From: Minisyncoccota bacterium
GTDB taxonomy: Bacteria; Patescibacteriota; Minisyncoccia; Phycocordibacterales; UBA918
Length of the DNA: 64,000 nt
Direction: 5' to 3'
NCBI GenBank assembly: GCA_041389025.1
Contig: JAWKSP010000001.1
Span: 414,663 to 478,662 of the forward strand
Each line of letters begins with the position of its first letter. Position 1 is the first letter of the stretch. A program made the translations under genes and the position numbers. This document shows, piece by piece, positions 18,672 through 28,861 of the stretch. The notes beneath the pieces were generated by a model. That model did not search any database, was not told the origin of the DNA, and saw only the letters and a list, made by a program, of their open reading frames with translations.

Positions 18672-19748
18672 ATGAAATTTAAAAATCTATTCAAGGACAT
18701 TACCGCGGGCGCTGATTCAGAGCGTGTGGTTGGTATTGATATTGGATCTTCATCTATAAAGGTAGTGGAAGTACAAGAGAAAGACAGTGTCTTAAATCTG
18801 ACCACTTATGGTGAATTGCAATTGGGTCCTTATGCCAACAAAGATATTGGTGAGTCAGTTGTGTTAGACGCTAAAAGTGAACAGCAAGCCCTAATAGATG
18901 TGATTAGGGAGTCAGGGGTAAAGGCTAAGCAGGCCGTGTTTGCTATGCCGTTATCTTCTAGTTTTGTGACTATGATTAACTTTGTGGCTGATTCTGATGA
19001 AGACCTATCAGCTCGTATTAGAGTAGAAGCTCGTAAGTATATTCCGGTACCGATCAGTGAAGTTACTTTAGACTGGGCTGAGGTTGACTATACCGAAAAC
19101 AGTAATGACAAAAAAATCCGTAATGTATTAGTAGCAGCCATTCAAAACCAAGCCCTCAATCGTTTTAAGGTTTTAATGCAGTTTGTAAACTTAAAAGATA
19201 CTCCTACAGAGATAGAGTGTTTTAGCTCCATCAGATCGGCTTATAGTGAAAAGAAAAAAAATATCGCTGTTATAGATATTGGCGCAGTTTCTACAAAATT
19301 ATACATAGCTCATAACGGACTATTAAGACGGATGCATCGAGTGCGGGCCGGTGGAACCATTGCTACCAAGCGAATTGCGGGGTCGTTAAATATAACTTTT
19401 GCTGAAGCTGAGGAAAAGAAACGAGCTACTACCAAAGACGATGTTGATTTCAGAGAGATTGAAAGTCTGCATCACAGTGCATATGATCGAACTTGGCAGG
19501 AATTTGGTCAGGTAATAAAAGAGTACGAGACACGTCATAATATTAGTCTTGATGCTATATACTTAACTGGTGGTGGTTCTATTTTTCCAAATACAGATAA
19601 AATGATACAGAGTATTTTAAACAGGGATGTTGTACCAGTTCATATTTTCAACAAATTAGCTTATCCAGCTTTTATGGAAGATATGATGACGGAGTTGGAC
19701 CCAACTTTTCATGTTGCGTTGGGTGCTGTGCTAAGAATGTTTGAGTAA
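18672..19748 (+). CDS. pilM: Type IV pilus assembly protein PilM (actin-like ATPase fold)
   Basis: VVGIDIGSSSIKVVEV N-terminal motif, ~358 aa, first gene of pilMNO. Confidence 0.8.
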   Translation: MKFKNLFKDITAGADSERVVGIDIGSSSIKVVEVQEKDSVLNLTTYGELQLGPYANKDIGESVVLDAKSEQQALIDVIRESGVKAKQAVFAMPLSSSFVTMINFVADSDEDLSARIRVEARKYIPVPISEVTLDWAEVDYTENSNDKKIRNVLVAAIQNQALNRFKVLMQFVNLKDTPTEIECFSSIRSAYSEKKKNIAVIDIGAVSTKLYIAHNGLLRRMHRVRAGGTIATKRIAGSLNITFAEAEEKKRATTKDDVDFREIESLHHSAYDRTWQEFGQVIKEYETRHNISLDAIYLTGGGSIFPNTDKMIQSILNRDVVPVHIFNKLAYPAFMEDMMTELDPTFHVALGAVLRMFE

Positions 19749-19821
19749 TTTTTATCAGTATTTTTATTTCGTCCACAGTTTGTAGTCGCTACAAAAAAAG
19801 AAACCGAGTATAATTTTGTAT

Positions 19822-20556
19822 ATGCCAGAAAACCAACTAGGTACATCGTTCATTCCTAAAAGAAATCCCAAAAAAGCGGTTAAGCGAAATGCGCCCCGAC
19901 CAGTATTTATTGGAACAATCATCGTTAGAATTTTTTTCTTCTCTATTTTGATAGCTGCTTTAGCGGTATTTACTTTTGAGCGAAAATTACAGAATGATTA
20001 TGCTGAAGAAGTGCGAGCTTTGGATTCAGCGATAAGTTCTTTTAATGTTGAAAGTTGGGAAAGTGTTCTTGAAATAGATACTAGGTTGTATCAAGCTAAA
20101 CAAAGATTACAAAACACAGTATCAGTAACTTCTATTTTTGATGCGATTGAAGCAGCTACTATAAGAACTGTTACTATTGAAAATTTTGATTTAGAAAGAG
20201 TTGATAATTCTACTGTTACTATTAAATCTGAAATGACAACTGATTCTTTTGATTCAGTTTTGTTCCAACGTGAAGTTCTAAAAGCCAACGATAAATTATC
20301 GGTGGATGGAGTAAATGAATTGGCTTTAAACAATGCTGCTAGCGAGAATAATGTAGCTGGCAATAGAACTAGCGTGCAGTTTAAAGCAGAATTATCAGTT
20401 GATCCGGCTAAAGTACCGCATATTCCACCAGCTGAACGAAATGGTTTGAATAACACAGAGACAGCAACACCAGCCGTGGTTGAAGATGTGGTACCGATCA
20501 ATGAAAGTGAGAGCGTAGAAACAAACAATGATCAGTCTAATCAAAATGGCTTATGA
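19822..20556 (+). CDS. pilN: PilN-like type IV pilus inner-membrane assembly protein with extended C-terminal low-complexity tail
   Basis: Short cytoplasmic N-terminus, single TM, coiled-coil; position after pilM; TATAAT 8 nt upstream of ATG. Confidence 0.55.
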   Translation: MPENQLGTSFIPKRNPKKAVKRNAPRPVFIGTIIVRIFFFSILIAALAVFTFERKLQNDYAEEVRALDSAISSFNVESWESVLEIDTRLYQAKQRLQNTVSVTSIFDAIEAATIRTVTIENFDLERVDNSTVTIKSEMTTDSFDSVLFQREVLKANDKLSVDGVNELALNNAASENNVAGNRTSVQFKAELSVDPAKVPHIPPAERNGLNNTETATPAVVEDVVPINESESVETNNDQSNQNGL

Positions 20557-21161
20557 TTTTTAATTCCTTATTTTTCCAAATACTTTTAGCTGGTTTAGCG
20601 ATAGCAATAGCCATTGTTTACGTAAATCCTTCATTTAAAAATATTGGTGATTTACAATTCGCCATTGCTGAATACAAAAAAGAGCGTGATAATGTAGCCA
20701 AGTTTAATACCGACTTAAGGGATCTTGCAAAAAAGATTAATAGTATTTCAGAAGCTGATCAACAAGCTTTATTAAAATACATGCCGGATACGGTTGATGA
20801 GGTTTCAGTGTCTCGAGATATTTTTAACATTTCTTTAATGTCTGGGGTGGTGATGAATGATATTTCAGTTTCCGATGGAGCAACCAATAACCGAAATAAT
20901 AATCCTGTAGAAGAAGTGGTTGATCCGGCTGATCAACACAAAACTCCTCCTGTACCACATGCTTTCTCAGCTAGTGTAACCGGTGAATATGAAGATATTA
21001 AGAATTTTCTGTTATTACTTGAAGAGAGTAACTATCCATTGGAAATAAGAAACTTAAGTATAAGTAGTAGCAATGGTGGTTCTAACCAAGAATCAAGTAC
21101 TCTTTCTAATAATAATGACTTAAGCGCTGAGGTAGAGATAGTTACTTATTCGCGTATTTAG
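20553..21161 (+). CDS. pilO: PilO-like type IV pilus assembly protein
   Basis: Single N-terminal TM, coiled-coil, 4-nt overlap (ATGA) with pilN. Confidence 0.5.
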   Translation: MIFNSLFFQILLAGLAIAIAIVYVNPSFKNIGDLQFAIAEYKKERDNVAKFNTDLRDLAKKINSISEADQQALLKYMPDTVDEVSVSRDIFNISLMSGVVMNDISVSDGATNNRNNNPVEEVVDPADQHKTPPVPHAFSASVTGEYEDIKNFLLLLEESNYPLEIRNLSISSSNGGSNQESSTLSNNNDLSAEVEIVTYSRI

Positions 21162-21173
21162 TTTATTTGTCTT

Positions 21174-21494
21174 ATGAGTCCTGCATTTAAAAACATTATA
21201 ACTACACTAATAATCTTGCTCTTAGCGGCAGTTGGTTATTATTTATATAAACAAAGTAACGCTAGTGTAGTTACTGGGGAAAATAAATACGTTACTCCAG
21301 AAATGATAAGAGACACTAGGGTTTTTATGGAACGGCGAATGGTCTTAGAAAAAATTGATATTGACACCTCGGTATTTAATGACCCTCTGTTTGTGTCTTA
21401 TCGTAATTTCACTACTCCAATCCAAAGTCAGATGGAAGGGAAGAATAATCCTTTTTCAGAAAATAGCGGATTTACACCAACCAATAACTTTTAG
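21174..21494 (+). CDS. Small membrane-anchored protein (possible PilP-like)
   Basis: N-terminal TM IITTLIILLLAAVGYYLY, operon position. Confidence 0.4.
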   Translation: MSPAFKNIITTLIILLLAAVGYYLYKQSNASVVTGENKYVTPEMIRDTRVFMERRMVLEKIDIDTSVFNDPLFVSYRNFTTPIQSQMEGKNNPFSENSGFTPTNNF

Positions 21495-21503
21495 TTTTAA
21501 TCT

Positions 21504-23339
21504 ATGGGTCCACTTAAAAGATTATTAGAAAATGGTGAGATAGCTGAGGAACTTGCTACTGAAATAGGGAGGTTAGTCGACGAATCTGGAAAAACTTATG
21601 AGGAAGCTATGTTGGAGCAAGGAGTGGCTCCAGATTTAACTAGAAAAGCCTTAGCTGACTACTACCAAGTACCGTATTTTGTTATACCGGAAAACTTCAG
21701 TATTAGTGAAGAGATACTTTCCTATATACCAGAAGAATCAGCTATACACTACAAACTAATTCCTCTAATGATCGACAATGATGTGTTGATTGTTGGAGCT
21801 AATGATCCTGATGATTCACAAATTAAAGAGGTTCTAAATTTCGTCAGTACCAAATACGATATTGCCTATAAGTTTGTTTTCATGCTGACCGGTGATATAG
21901 AAAAGGCTCATCAATTTTACTCAAATCTTAAAGGAGAAGTGACTGATGCACTTGAGACATTGGAGTCAGAACTAAATGCTGAAATAGCCGCTGAGGTGGA
22001 AGAATCTTCGGTAGAAGATAAAAAAGTTATGGAGCACATAGAAGAAGACGCGCCGGTTACTAAGATCGTAGCTACTATTCTTAGATACGCGGTTGATGGT
22101 AGTGCTTCAGATATACATATAGAACCAAATGAAGTTAAGGTTGTGGTACGTTTTCGTGTCGATGGTGTACTTACAACTTCACTTGAGTTGCCAAAAAATG
22201 TTCATATGGCAGTGGTAGCTAGAATAAAGATTTTGTCATCAATGCGTCTTGATGAGAGACGAAAACCCCAAGACGGACGTTTTTCAGCCACTTTTGATGG
22301 TCGTAAAATTGATTTTCGAGTTTCGGTGTTACCGACTAATCACGGTGAAAAGGTGGTGATGCGTATCTTGGACAATGATCAAGGAGTCCGTTCTTTGGAA
22401 GAGACTGGTATTTCTCATTATCTCTTGGAAACCGTGAGAAGAGCCGTAAAAGAACCTTATGGAATAATTTTAATTTCCGGTCCAACTGGTTCTGGTAAAT
22501 CTACTACTTTATATGCCATGTTATCTGAAGTTGACCGAGCTACTAAAAATGTTTTGTCACTGGAAGATCCGGTTGAATATAATATTGATGGAGTAAGTCA
22601 GTCACAAGTCAGGCCGGAAATTGGTTACACATTTGCTAATGGTCTTAGAGCGGCTTTGCGTCAAGATCCGGATATCATAATGGTCGGTGAGATTCGTGAT
22701 AAGGAAACTGCTCAGTTGGCTATTCAAGCTGCTCTTACTGGGCACTTAGTACTTTCCACTATTCACACCAATAATGCTATCGGTGTAATTCCTCGATTGA
22801 TTGATATGGGGGTTGACCCTTACTTGATAGCACCAACTCTTAAGTTGGCGATTGCACAAAGACTAGCTAGACGAGTTTGTCCTGGGGCTGGTAAAGAAGA
22901 AGGGATTGATTCCAGTACAAAACAGATGATGGATGAAACTTTTAAAACTTTACCGGAGAAATATCATAATCGTATACCGGCCAGTCGAACAATTGTTCAT
23001 CCTGAACCAATTTCTGGTTGCGCCACCGGACTCAAGGGGCGGGTAGCGGTAATGGAAGCTTTTGAGGTAAATGACGAAATACAAGAATTAATTTTAAATA
23101 ACGCTTCTGAAGACCAAATTTATCAAGTGGCTAGACGACATGGTTATATGACCATGAAGGAAGACGCTATTATAAAAGCACTTGAACACAAGATTCCTTA
23201 TGAAGAAATGAACGCCTTTGGTTCTAATATGGAAAACGAAACCGAGATTGATGAGATAACCAGACCTGTCGATAACCAAGTGATTGCCGATGCTACAACC
23301 GATATAATAGATACTAATGAAGATATTGTTGGTAGATGA
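21504..23339 (+). CDS. pilB: Type IV pilus assembly ATPase PilB (GspE family)
   Basis: Walker A GPTGSGKSTT, Asp box, His box, tetracysteine-like CPGAG region, 611 aa. Confidence 0.9.
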   Translation: MGPLKRLLENGEIAEELATEIGRLVDESGKTYEEAMLEQGVAPDLTRKALADYYQVPYFVIPENFSISEEILSYIPEESAIHYKLIPLMIDNDVLIVGANDPDDSQIKEVLNFVSTKYDIAYKFVFMLTGDIEKAHQFYSNLKGEVTDALETLESELNAEIAAEVEESSVEDKKVMEHIEEDAPVTKIVATILRYAVDGSASDIHIEPNEVKVVVRFRVDGVLTTSLELPKNVHMAVVARIKILSSMRLDERRKPQDGRFSATFDGRKIDFRVSVLPTNHGEKVVMRILDNDQGVRSLEETGISHYLLETVRRAVKEPYGIILISGPTGSGKSTTLYAMLSEVDRATKNVLSLEDPVEYNIDGVSQSQVRPEIGYTFANGLRAALRQDPDIIMVGEIRDKETAQLAIQAALTGHLVLSTIHTNNAIGVIPRLIDMGVDPYLIAPTLKLAIAQRLARRVCPGAGKEEGIDSSTKQMMDETFKTLPEKYHNRIPASRTIVHPEPISGCATGLKGRVAVMEAFEVNDEIQELILNNASEDQIYQVARRHGYMTMKEDAIIKALEHKIPYEEMNAFGSNMENETEIDEITRPVDNQVIADATTDIIDTNEDIVGR

Positions 23340-23691
23340 TGATGTGTTTTTGCGTGATATGTACGCTACTAAATTTTTAGATAGTGGACATGAAGTCGAT
23401 ACTGCTGATGGTGGTCCTAGCGCTCTAACTTTTCTTAATAGTGGTGTTTCATATGATCTAATATTATTAGATATGATCATGCCTGGAACTAGTGGGGTTG
23501 ATTTGTTGCAATTGATGAAAGAAAAATTTCCTAACCAAATTAAAAATGCTATTTTTCTCTCCAATCAAGGACAGGATGAAGATAAAAAGGAAGCTAAGTC
23601 AGCTGGGGCGGTTGGGTATATTGTTAAAGCTGACATGATACCAAGTGAGGTGGTAAAAAAAGTTGAGGAAATAGTTGAAAAGAATAGTTAA
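23317..23691 (+). CDS. Single-domain response regulator receiver (CheY/PilH-like)
   Basis: LLVDDD, DLILLDMIMPG, conserved K in YIVKAD; overlaps pilB 3' end by 23 nt. Confidence 0.8.
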   Translation: MKILLVDDDVFLRDMYATKFLDSGHEVDTADGGPSALTFLNSGVSYDLILLDMIMPGTSGVDLLQLMKEKFPNQIKNAIFLSNQGQDEDKKEAKSAGAVGYIVKADMIPSEVVKKVEEIVEKNS

Positions 23692-23708
23692 TTTTTAAAA
23701 TATTTATT

Positions 23709-24776
23709 ATGGCCGTTGATTACAAAAAAGAATTACAGTTATTGATTGATATTTTGTTAGAAGAGAAAGCTTCCGATATTCATTTTTCGGTTGATTCACA
23801 TCCGCTTATTCGTGTGTCTGGAACTTTGATTCCTCTAGTTAAAAAACCAATTTTGACTGATTCAGATGTAGATTCTTTTGCTAAGGTTTTAATGAGAAAA
23901 GACCAGTATGAACGTTTGGTTAACCTTGAGGAAGTGGACTTTTCTTATGAAAATAGTGATCAAGTACGTTTTCGTGGTAACGCTTTTCATCAACGTAGTC
24001 GCAAAGGAATAGTGTTACGTTTAATTCCCAATGTAATCAAAACTTTTGAGGAGTTAAATTTACCACCGATTCTTGAGGATTTTACGAAACGGGCGCAAGG
24101 CTTTTTTCTTTGTGTAGGTCCGGTTGGTCAAGGTAAGTCAACCACTCTGGCGGCGATGATAGAAAAAATTAATGAGACTAGACCGGAACATATTGTAACA
24201 ATTGAGGATCCAATTGAGTACGTTTTTGAGGAAAAAAAGTCTTTGATTGATCAAAGAGAGGTCGGTATCGATACTTCCAGCTTCCATGCTGCCTTAAACG
24301 CAGCTTTTCGTCAGGACGTTGATGTGATGATGGTGGGAGAAATGCGTAACCCAGAAACTATAGAGACCGCTGTAACAGCAGCTGAAACCGGTCACTTGGT
24401 GATGTCCACTATTCATACCAACGACGCCGCTCAAACCATCAGCCGTATTATTGACTCTTTTCCGGGTGATCAACAAGATCAGATCAGAGTTCAGTTGGCT
24501 GGTTCTTTGATCGCTATATTTTCACAGCGTCTAATTCCTCATGTTACCGGAGGATTGGTGCCAGCTTATGAACTTCTTATTAATAACCCGGCAGTTTCCA
24601 ACTTAATTCGTGAAAATAGAGTGCATGAGATTCCATCAGTGATTGAAACCGGACTTGAGCAGGGTATGATAGATATGAACCGATCATTAGCTAAGTTGGT
24701 ACAGAATGGTGATATTACGACTGAAAACGCCTTTACTTATTCAATCAATCCAAAAGGATTAGAAAGATTAATATAA
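23709..24776 (+). CDS. pilT: Twitching motility ATPase PilT
   Basis: Walker A GPVGQGKSTT, PilT-type His/Asp boxes, 355 aa. Confidence 0.9.
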   Translation: MAVDYKKELQLLIDILLEEKASDIHFSVDSHPLIRVSGTLIPLVKKPILTDSDVDSFAKVLMRKDQYERLVNLEEVDFSYENSDQVRFRGNAFHQRSRKGIVLRLIPNVIKTFEELNLPPILEDFTKRAQGFFLCVGPVGQGKSTTLAAMIEKINETRPEHIVTIEDPIEYVFEEKKSLIDQREVGIDTSSFHAALNAAFRQDVDVMMVGEMRNPETIETAVTAAETGHLVMSTIHTNDAAQTISRIIDSFPGDQQDQIRVQLAGSLIAIFSQRLIPHVTGGLVPAYELLINNPAVSNLIRENRVHEIPSVIETGLEQGMIDMNRSLAKLVQNGDITTENAFTYSINPKGLERLI

Positions 24777-24783
24777 TTTTACT

Positions 24784-26001
24784 ATGCTTTTTAATTATGT
24801 AGCCATCGACAATGCCAACGTTCAACGAGAAGGAACGGTAGAAGCTGTTACTATTGATTCAGCTATTACCGCTATCCAAAAACGTGGCTACACAGTAGTT
24901 TCAATTGATCCGGTTGACGAGAAATCCGGTCTAAGAAGTTTGGTAAATATTGATATCAACCTATTTAATTCTATTTCTAATAAAGAGATTGTTATTTTAT
25001 CACGACAAATCGCTACTTTGTTTGATGCTCATGTGTCACCACTTCGTATTTTTCAATTGCTATCAGCTGAGATAGAAAATCCACAATTAAAATTAGTTAT
25101 GAACAGTATTGTGGAAGATTTACAAGCTGGAAATTCGATCTCCAGAGCTATGTCCAATCATCCGGAAGTATTTTCATCTTTTTATGTCAACCTAGTCCGT
25201 TCCGGTGAACAGTCCGGTTCTTTGGAAAAATCTTTTATGTATTTGGCCGACTACTTAGATCGTTCTTATGAGGTGGTTTCAAAAGCTCGCAACGCTCTGG
25301 TTTATCCAGCTTTTGTGGTAGCTATTTTTATCGCAGTTATGAGTATCATGCTTACTATGGTGATACCAAAAATATCGGCTATCTTGGTTGATTCTGGTCA
25401 AGAGTTACCGATTTATACTAAGATAGTAATTGGTGTTTCCGATTTTATGGTTAACTATGTTGGAATTATACTTATTTTGTTGGCGGTGGGCGGTATATTT
25501 TTCTGGCGTTTTATTCAAACTAACGTTGGCCGACGAGCTTTTGATGAATTTGTAATTTCTATTCCTTATATTGGTGATTTGCAACGTAAGTTACTCCTTA
25601 CTCGTATTTGTGACAACTTAGGTACAATGCTTGAGCGGGGTATATCGATGGTGCAAGCACTTGAGGTAACGGCTGATGTGGTAGATAATATGGTCTATAA
25701 GGAGATTATTGATAGTGCTTTGGCTGAGGTTAAGGGAGGACGATCGTTTGGTGAATCTATATCCGAATACCCAGAAATCCCAGGGGTGCTAACTCAGATG
25801 GTAAAAGTGGGTGAAGAGTCAGGAAGTCTAGCTAATATTTTAGCCACTCTAGCTAAGTTTTATCGTCGTGAGGTGAATAATGCCGTCGATACTTTGATTG
25901 GCTTAATTGAACCGTTGATGATTGTGATGCTTGGTCTTGGAGTAGGTGTGCTTTTGGCTTCCGTACTTATGCCTATATACAATTTGGCTAGTGCGTTTTA
26001 G
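24784..26001 (+). CDS. pilC: Type IV pilus inner-membrane platform protein PilC (GspF family)
   Basis: Two GspF repeats, three TM segments, 405 aa. Confidence 0.85.
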   Translation: MLFNYVAIDNANVQREGTVEAVTIDSAITAIQKRGYTVVSIDPVDEKSGLRSLVNIDINLFNSISNKEIVILSRQIATLFDAHVSPLRIFQLLSAEIENPQLKLVMNSIVEDLQAGNSISRAMSNHPEVFSSFYVNLVRSGEQSGSLEKSFMYLADYLDRSYEVVSKARNALVYPAFVVAIFIAVMSIMLTMVIPKISAILVDSGQELPIYTKIVIGVSDFMVNYVGIILILLAVGGIFFWRFIQTNVGRRAFDEFVISIPYIGDLQRKLLLTRICDNLGTMLERGISMVQALEVTADVVDNMVYKEIIDSALAEVKGGRSFGESISEYPEIPGVLTQMVKVGEESGSLANILATLAKFYRREVNNAVDTLIGLIEPLMIVMLGLGVGVLLASVLMPIYNLASAF

Positions 26002-26004
26002 GTA

Positions 26005-26066
26005 ACGAAAACAATAAAGTGGCGGGCGAGTCTAAAGACTCGCCCGCCACTTTATTGTTTTCGTTG
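26005..26066 (+). terminator. Strong terminator, 24-bp perfect stem
   Basis: aacaataaagtggcgggcgagtc-taaa-gactcgcccgccactttattgtt. Confidence 0.8.
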
Positions 26067-26153
26067 TCCACAATCTTTTTAAAAATAAGCCAAGAAAAAC
26101 GTATAATAGTAATTAGCTACGGACAACGTAGATAAGTGTTTGCTAAAGCTTTA

Positions 26154-26178
26154 TTCAGATAAACAGCTGATATCTGAA
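26154..26178. promoter_or_regulatory. Palindrome TTCAGATA-N9-TATCTGAA in pilin leader/promoter region
   Basis: Inverted repeat read directly; cgTATAAT -10-like box at 26100-26107. Confidence 0.35.
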
Positions 26179-26228
26179 TACAGTAAGGGCAGATATTAAT
26201 ATTTTAATCAAATTCTTATTTAAAGTTT

Positions 26229-26672
26229 ATGAAAAAAACAATCTCATTATTAAAACGAGGTTTTACCCTAATCGAACTTTTGGTAGTAATCGCCATTATC
26301 GGTATCTTGGCAGCTGTTGTATTGGCTTCACTAAACGACGCTAGAGATGGAGGTGCAAATGCTTCAGCTAAAACAACAGTAAATAATATACGTAGTCAAG
26401 CTGAATTATATTACAATGACAATTCGTATTCCTATAACCCAGCTACTGGTGATGTGTGTAGTGATGCAAAAGTTTTAGGTCTTATAAGTGCAGCTACATC
26501 AACTACAGGCATTGCAACATATGCTTGTGATGTAAACACTGCTGGTGACGAATACGCTGTTGAGGTTCAACTTAGGCCAAGTACTGCTACTGATTTCTTT
26601 TGTGTTGATAGTACTGGATTTTCCGGTCAGCAAAGTGCTTCTAAAGGTGCAGGTGCTACAGTTTGTAACTAA
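26229..26672 (+). CDS. pilA: Type IV major pilin (prepilin with class III signal peptide)
   Basis: KRGFTLIELLVVIAIIGILAAV prepilin motif (G|FTLIEL), four Cys in C-terminal half. Confidence 0.85.
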   Translation: MKKTISLLKRGFTLIELLVVIAIIGILAAVVLASLNDARDGGANASAKTTVNNIRSQAELYYNDNSYSYNPATGDVCSDAKVLGLISAATSTTGIATYACDVNTAGDEYAVEVQLRPSTATDFFCVDSTGFSGQQSASKGAGATVCN

Positions 26673-26695
26673 TACGATTTAGTTCACAACCAAAC

Positions 26696-26726
26696 AAAAA
26701 ACCGCGTCAGCGGTTTTTTGTTTTTC
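26696..26726 (+). terminator. Rho-independent terminator after pilin
   Basis: aaaaaccgc-gtca-gcggttttt + T tract. Confidence 0.8.
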
Positions 26727-26765
26727 CTTTAAAACACTTAAGCTGTGTCCTAGTATTCTATATTC

Positions 26766-26812
26766 ATAAAGTAAAAATGTACATACAAAGTATTGACTTT
26801 GTATGTACATTG
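26766..26812. promoter_or_regulatory. 14-bp inverted repeat operator overlapping TTGACT -35 of brnTA promoter
   Basis: aatgtacatacaaag TATTGAC ctttgtatgtacatt then tgtatatcat. Confidence 0.55.
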
Positions 26813-26831
26813 TATATCATAGTTAAAACTC

Positions 26832-27113
26832 ATGAAATATTTTGATTGGAGTGAAGAAAAAAATGAGTGGCTCATGAGTGAGCGGGGAATTTCGTTTGAA
26901 TTTATTAAGGAGTGTATAGAAAACGGGCAAGTGGTTGGAATTGTGTCTAATCATCCACCTTATCAGCATCAGCAAGTTTATCTGATTTTGATAGAAGATT
27001 ATGTATTTGAAGTACCATATGTCGAAGATGATGAAAAAATTTTCTTGAAAACCGCCTACCCCTCGCATGAGGCAACTAAAAGATATTTAAATAGTAAACA
27101 TGACAAAAAATAA
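26832..27113 (+). CDS. brnT: BrnT-like ribonuclease toxin (DUF497/COG2929)
   Basis: N-terminal FDWSEEKNEWLMSERGISFEF pattern of BrnT family (FEWDxxKxxxNxxKHGVxFEE). Confidence 0.7.
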   Translation: MKYFDWSEEKNEWLMSERGISFEFIKECIENGQVVGIVSNHPPYQHQQVYLILIEDYVFEVPYVEDDEKIFLKTAYPSHEATKRYLNSKHDKK

Positions 27114-27360
27114 TCACAATTTTAATCTGACCAAAGAAGAACAGACCATGCACGATGCTGTTGATTGGAGTTCTGCGCGCCCCATAACCAAAGAAGAACA
27201 GGTTGGTTTAAAGAAAATTGCTCGCAATACAACTGCTAAAAATAAAGTAATAACAATCAGGGTGTCTGAAAGAAACCTGGTTAGACTAAAAGCCGCCGCT
27301 ACTCGAGAAGGAGTACCATACCAGACCTTTATTTCTTCATTGATTCAAAAGAATACATAG
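27100..27360 (+). CDS. brnA: BrnA-like antitoxin (CopG/RHH-like C-terminus)
   Basis: C-terminal ITIRVSERNLVRLKAAATREGVPYQTFISSLIQK matches BrnA family; overlaps brnT by 14 nt. Confidence 0.7.
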   Translation: MTKNNHNFNLTKEEQTMHDAVDWSSARPITKEEQVGLKKIARNTTAKNKVITIRVSERNLVRLKAAATREGVPYQTFISSLIQKNT

Positions 27361-27455
27361 ACAGATTAAATAAATAGATTTATTTTTCCATCAAAGATAA
27401 TTTTCGAGTTGGTTAAACAAAAAATGACTATAAGTGATGTTATACTTACTACCAA

Positions 27456-28295
27456 ATGTTAGATATCCTTTCTTTTATACCTCCACCAATGCTATGGCTT
27501 TTTTCTTTTTTACTCGGAGTGATTATCGGTAGTTTCTTAAATGTTTACATCTACCGCCTACATACTGGTAAGTCTTTGTCTGGTAGCTCGCACTGTTTGT
27601 CTTGTGGTACGTCACTTAAGTCTTATGAGCTAATACCACTTTTTTCTTATTTAGGTCTACGAGGGAAGTGTCGGACTTGTGGTTCTTCTATACCGGCTCG
27701 GTATTTTTTAGTAGAGCTGTTGACTGGCGTTTTGTTTTTGGTGACGGTGCTGTTTTTTAGTAATTTAATTCAAGTTGGTTTGGTGTGGTGGGTAATGGCA
27801 CTTTTAGTGGTAGTGGCGGTTTATGACTTGTATCACATGATTATTCCAGATCGAATGGTGTTGTGGTTGTTAGCTTTGGCATTTGTTTGGCAGGGTTACT
27901 TACTTTACATTGAAACTATTTCTGTAAGTGGTTTTGGTTTAAATTTTATAGCTACTACTATTGGTTCGTTATTTCTATTTTTACTGTGGTGGTTGTCTAA
28001 AGGTAAGTGGATTGGTTTTGGTGATGTAAAGCTGTGTTGGCCGTTGGGACTTTTGGTCGGATATTTGGGTGTTTTTTCTATGCTTGTTTTATCATTTTGG
28101 ATTGGTGCGATTGTTGGAATTACTCTATTAGCATTTCAAAAAATTAAAATCAGTGGACAACCACACTTACGTTTCTTTAAAAGACAGCTTACAATTAAAA
28201 GTGCCGTGCCGTTTGCTCCGTTTTTGATTCTTGGTTTTCTTGCTGTATTTTTCCTTAAAGTTGATGTGGTGGCACTTATTACTTATGTTCCGTAA
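27456..28295 (+). CDS. pilD: Prepilin peptidase PilD (A24 family) with N-terminal zinc-binding CxxC...CxxC
   Basis: CLSCG...CRTCG tetracysteine, catalytic Asp in DLYHMIIPD and GFGDVKL, multiple TM. Confidence 0.9.
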   Translation: MLDILSFIPPPMLWLFSFLLGVIIGSFLNVYIYRLHTGKSLSGSSHCLSCGTSLKSYELIPLFSYLGLRGKCRTCGSSIPARYFLVELLTGVLFLVTVLFFSNLIQVGLVWWVMALLVVVAVYDLYHMIIPDRMVLWLLALAFVWQGYLLYIETISVSGFGLNFIATTIGSLFLFLLWWLSKGKWIGFGDVKLCWPLGLLVGYLGVFSMLVLSFWIGAIVGITLLAFQKIKISGQPHLRFFKRQLTIKSAVPFAPFLILGFLAVFFLKVDVVALITYVP

Positions 28296-28857
28296 TTTTT
28301 TAAATAAAAATAAAAGTAACAAATCAGTATTTTTTTTAAGTGGTTTTGGTCTAATTGAAATGATGGTTAGTATCGGTATTTTGGTTTTGGTGATGACGGT
28401 TATTTTAGCCAGACAAGATGCTTTTAATAGTGCCGTTTTACTCCGTGGGCAAGCGTACGAGGTGGCTCTTCAGGCTAGGGAAATACAATTATATGCGGTT
28501 AGTGTAATTGGTTCTGGTTCTAGTTTTAGAGTTCCTTACGGTATTCATTTTATCAACAATAGTGGGAGTTATACTATTTTTAGGGACATTAATAACAACG
28601 GTGTTTATGATGGTTCTGATACCATTTTTGGTAAACAAGGAATACTTGACCCTCGTTTTGTAATTGATCGATTACAAGTCGATGGAGGAGCTTCTCTGTC
28701 TGAATTATCTATCGTGTTTGAACGTCCAAACTTTGACGCTCTTTTTGGAGGTGATGTAGCAGAAATTGATGTACGTTTACGAGGTACTACCGGTACTGGA
28801 GTAGGTGAAGTACGCACAGTAGAGATTACCAGAACCGGTCAAATCTCGGTACAATAA
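28285..28857 (+). CDS. Minor pilin / pseudopilin with prepilin-type N-terminus
   Basis: LSG|FGLIEMMVSIGILVLV; ATG 28285 overlaps pilD stop (ATGTTCCGTAA). Confidence 0.65.
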   Translation: MFRNFLNKNKSNKSVFFLSGFGLIEMMVSIGILVLVMTVILARQDAFNSAVLLRGQAYEVALQAREIQLYAVSVIGSGSSFRVPYGIHFINNSGSYTIFRDINNNGVYDGSDTIFGKQGILDPRFVIDRLQVDGGASLSELSIVFERPNFDALFGGDVAEIDVRLRGTTGTGVGEVRTVEITRTGQISVQ

Positions 28858-28861
28858 TTTT

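Noticed and set aside
18620-18805. 61-aa minus-strand ORF overlapping pilM start
   Set aside because: Overlaps the well-supported pilM 5' end and the comFC start region; no motif, likely spurious.
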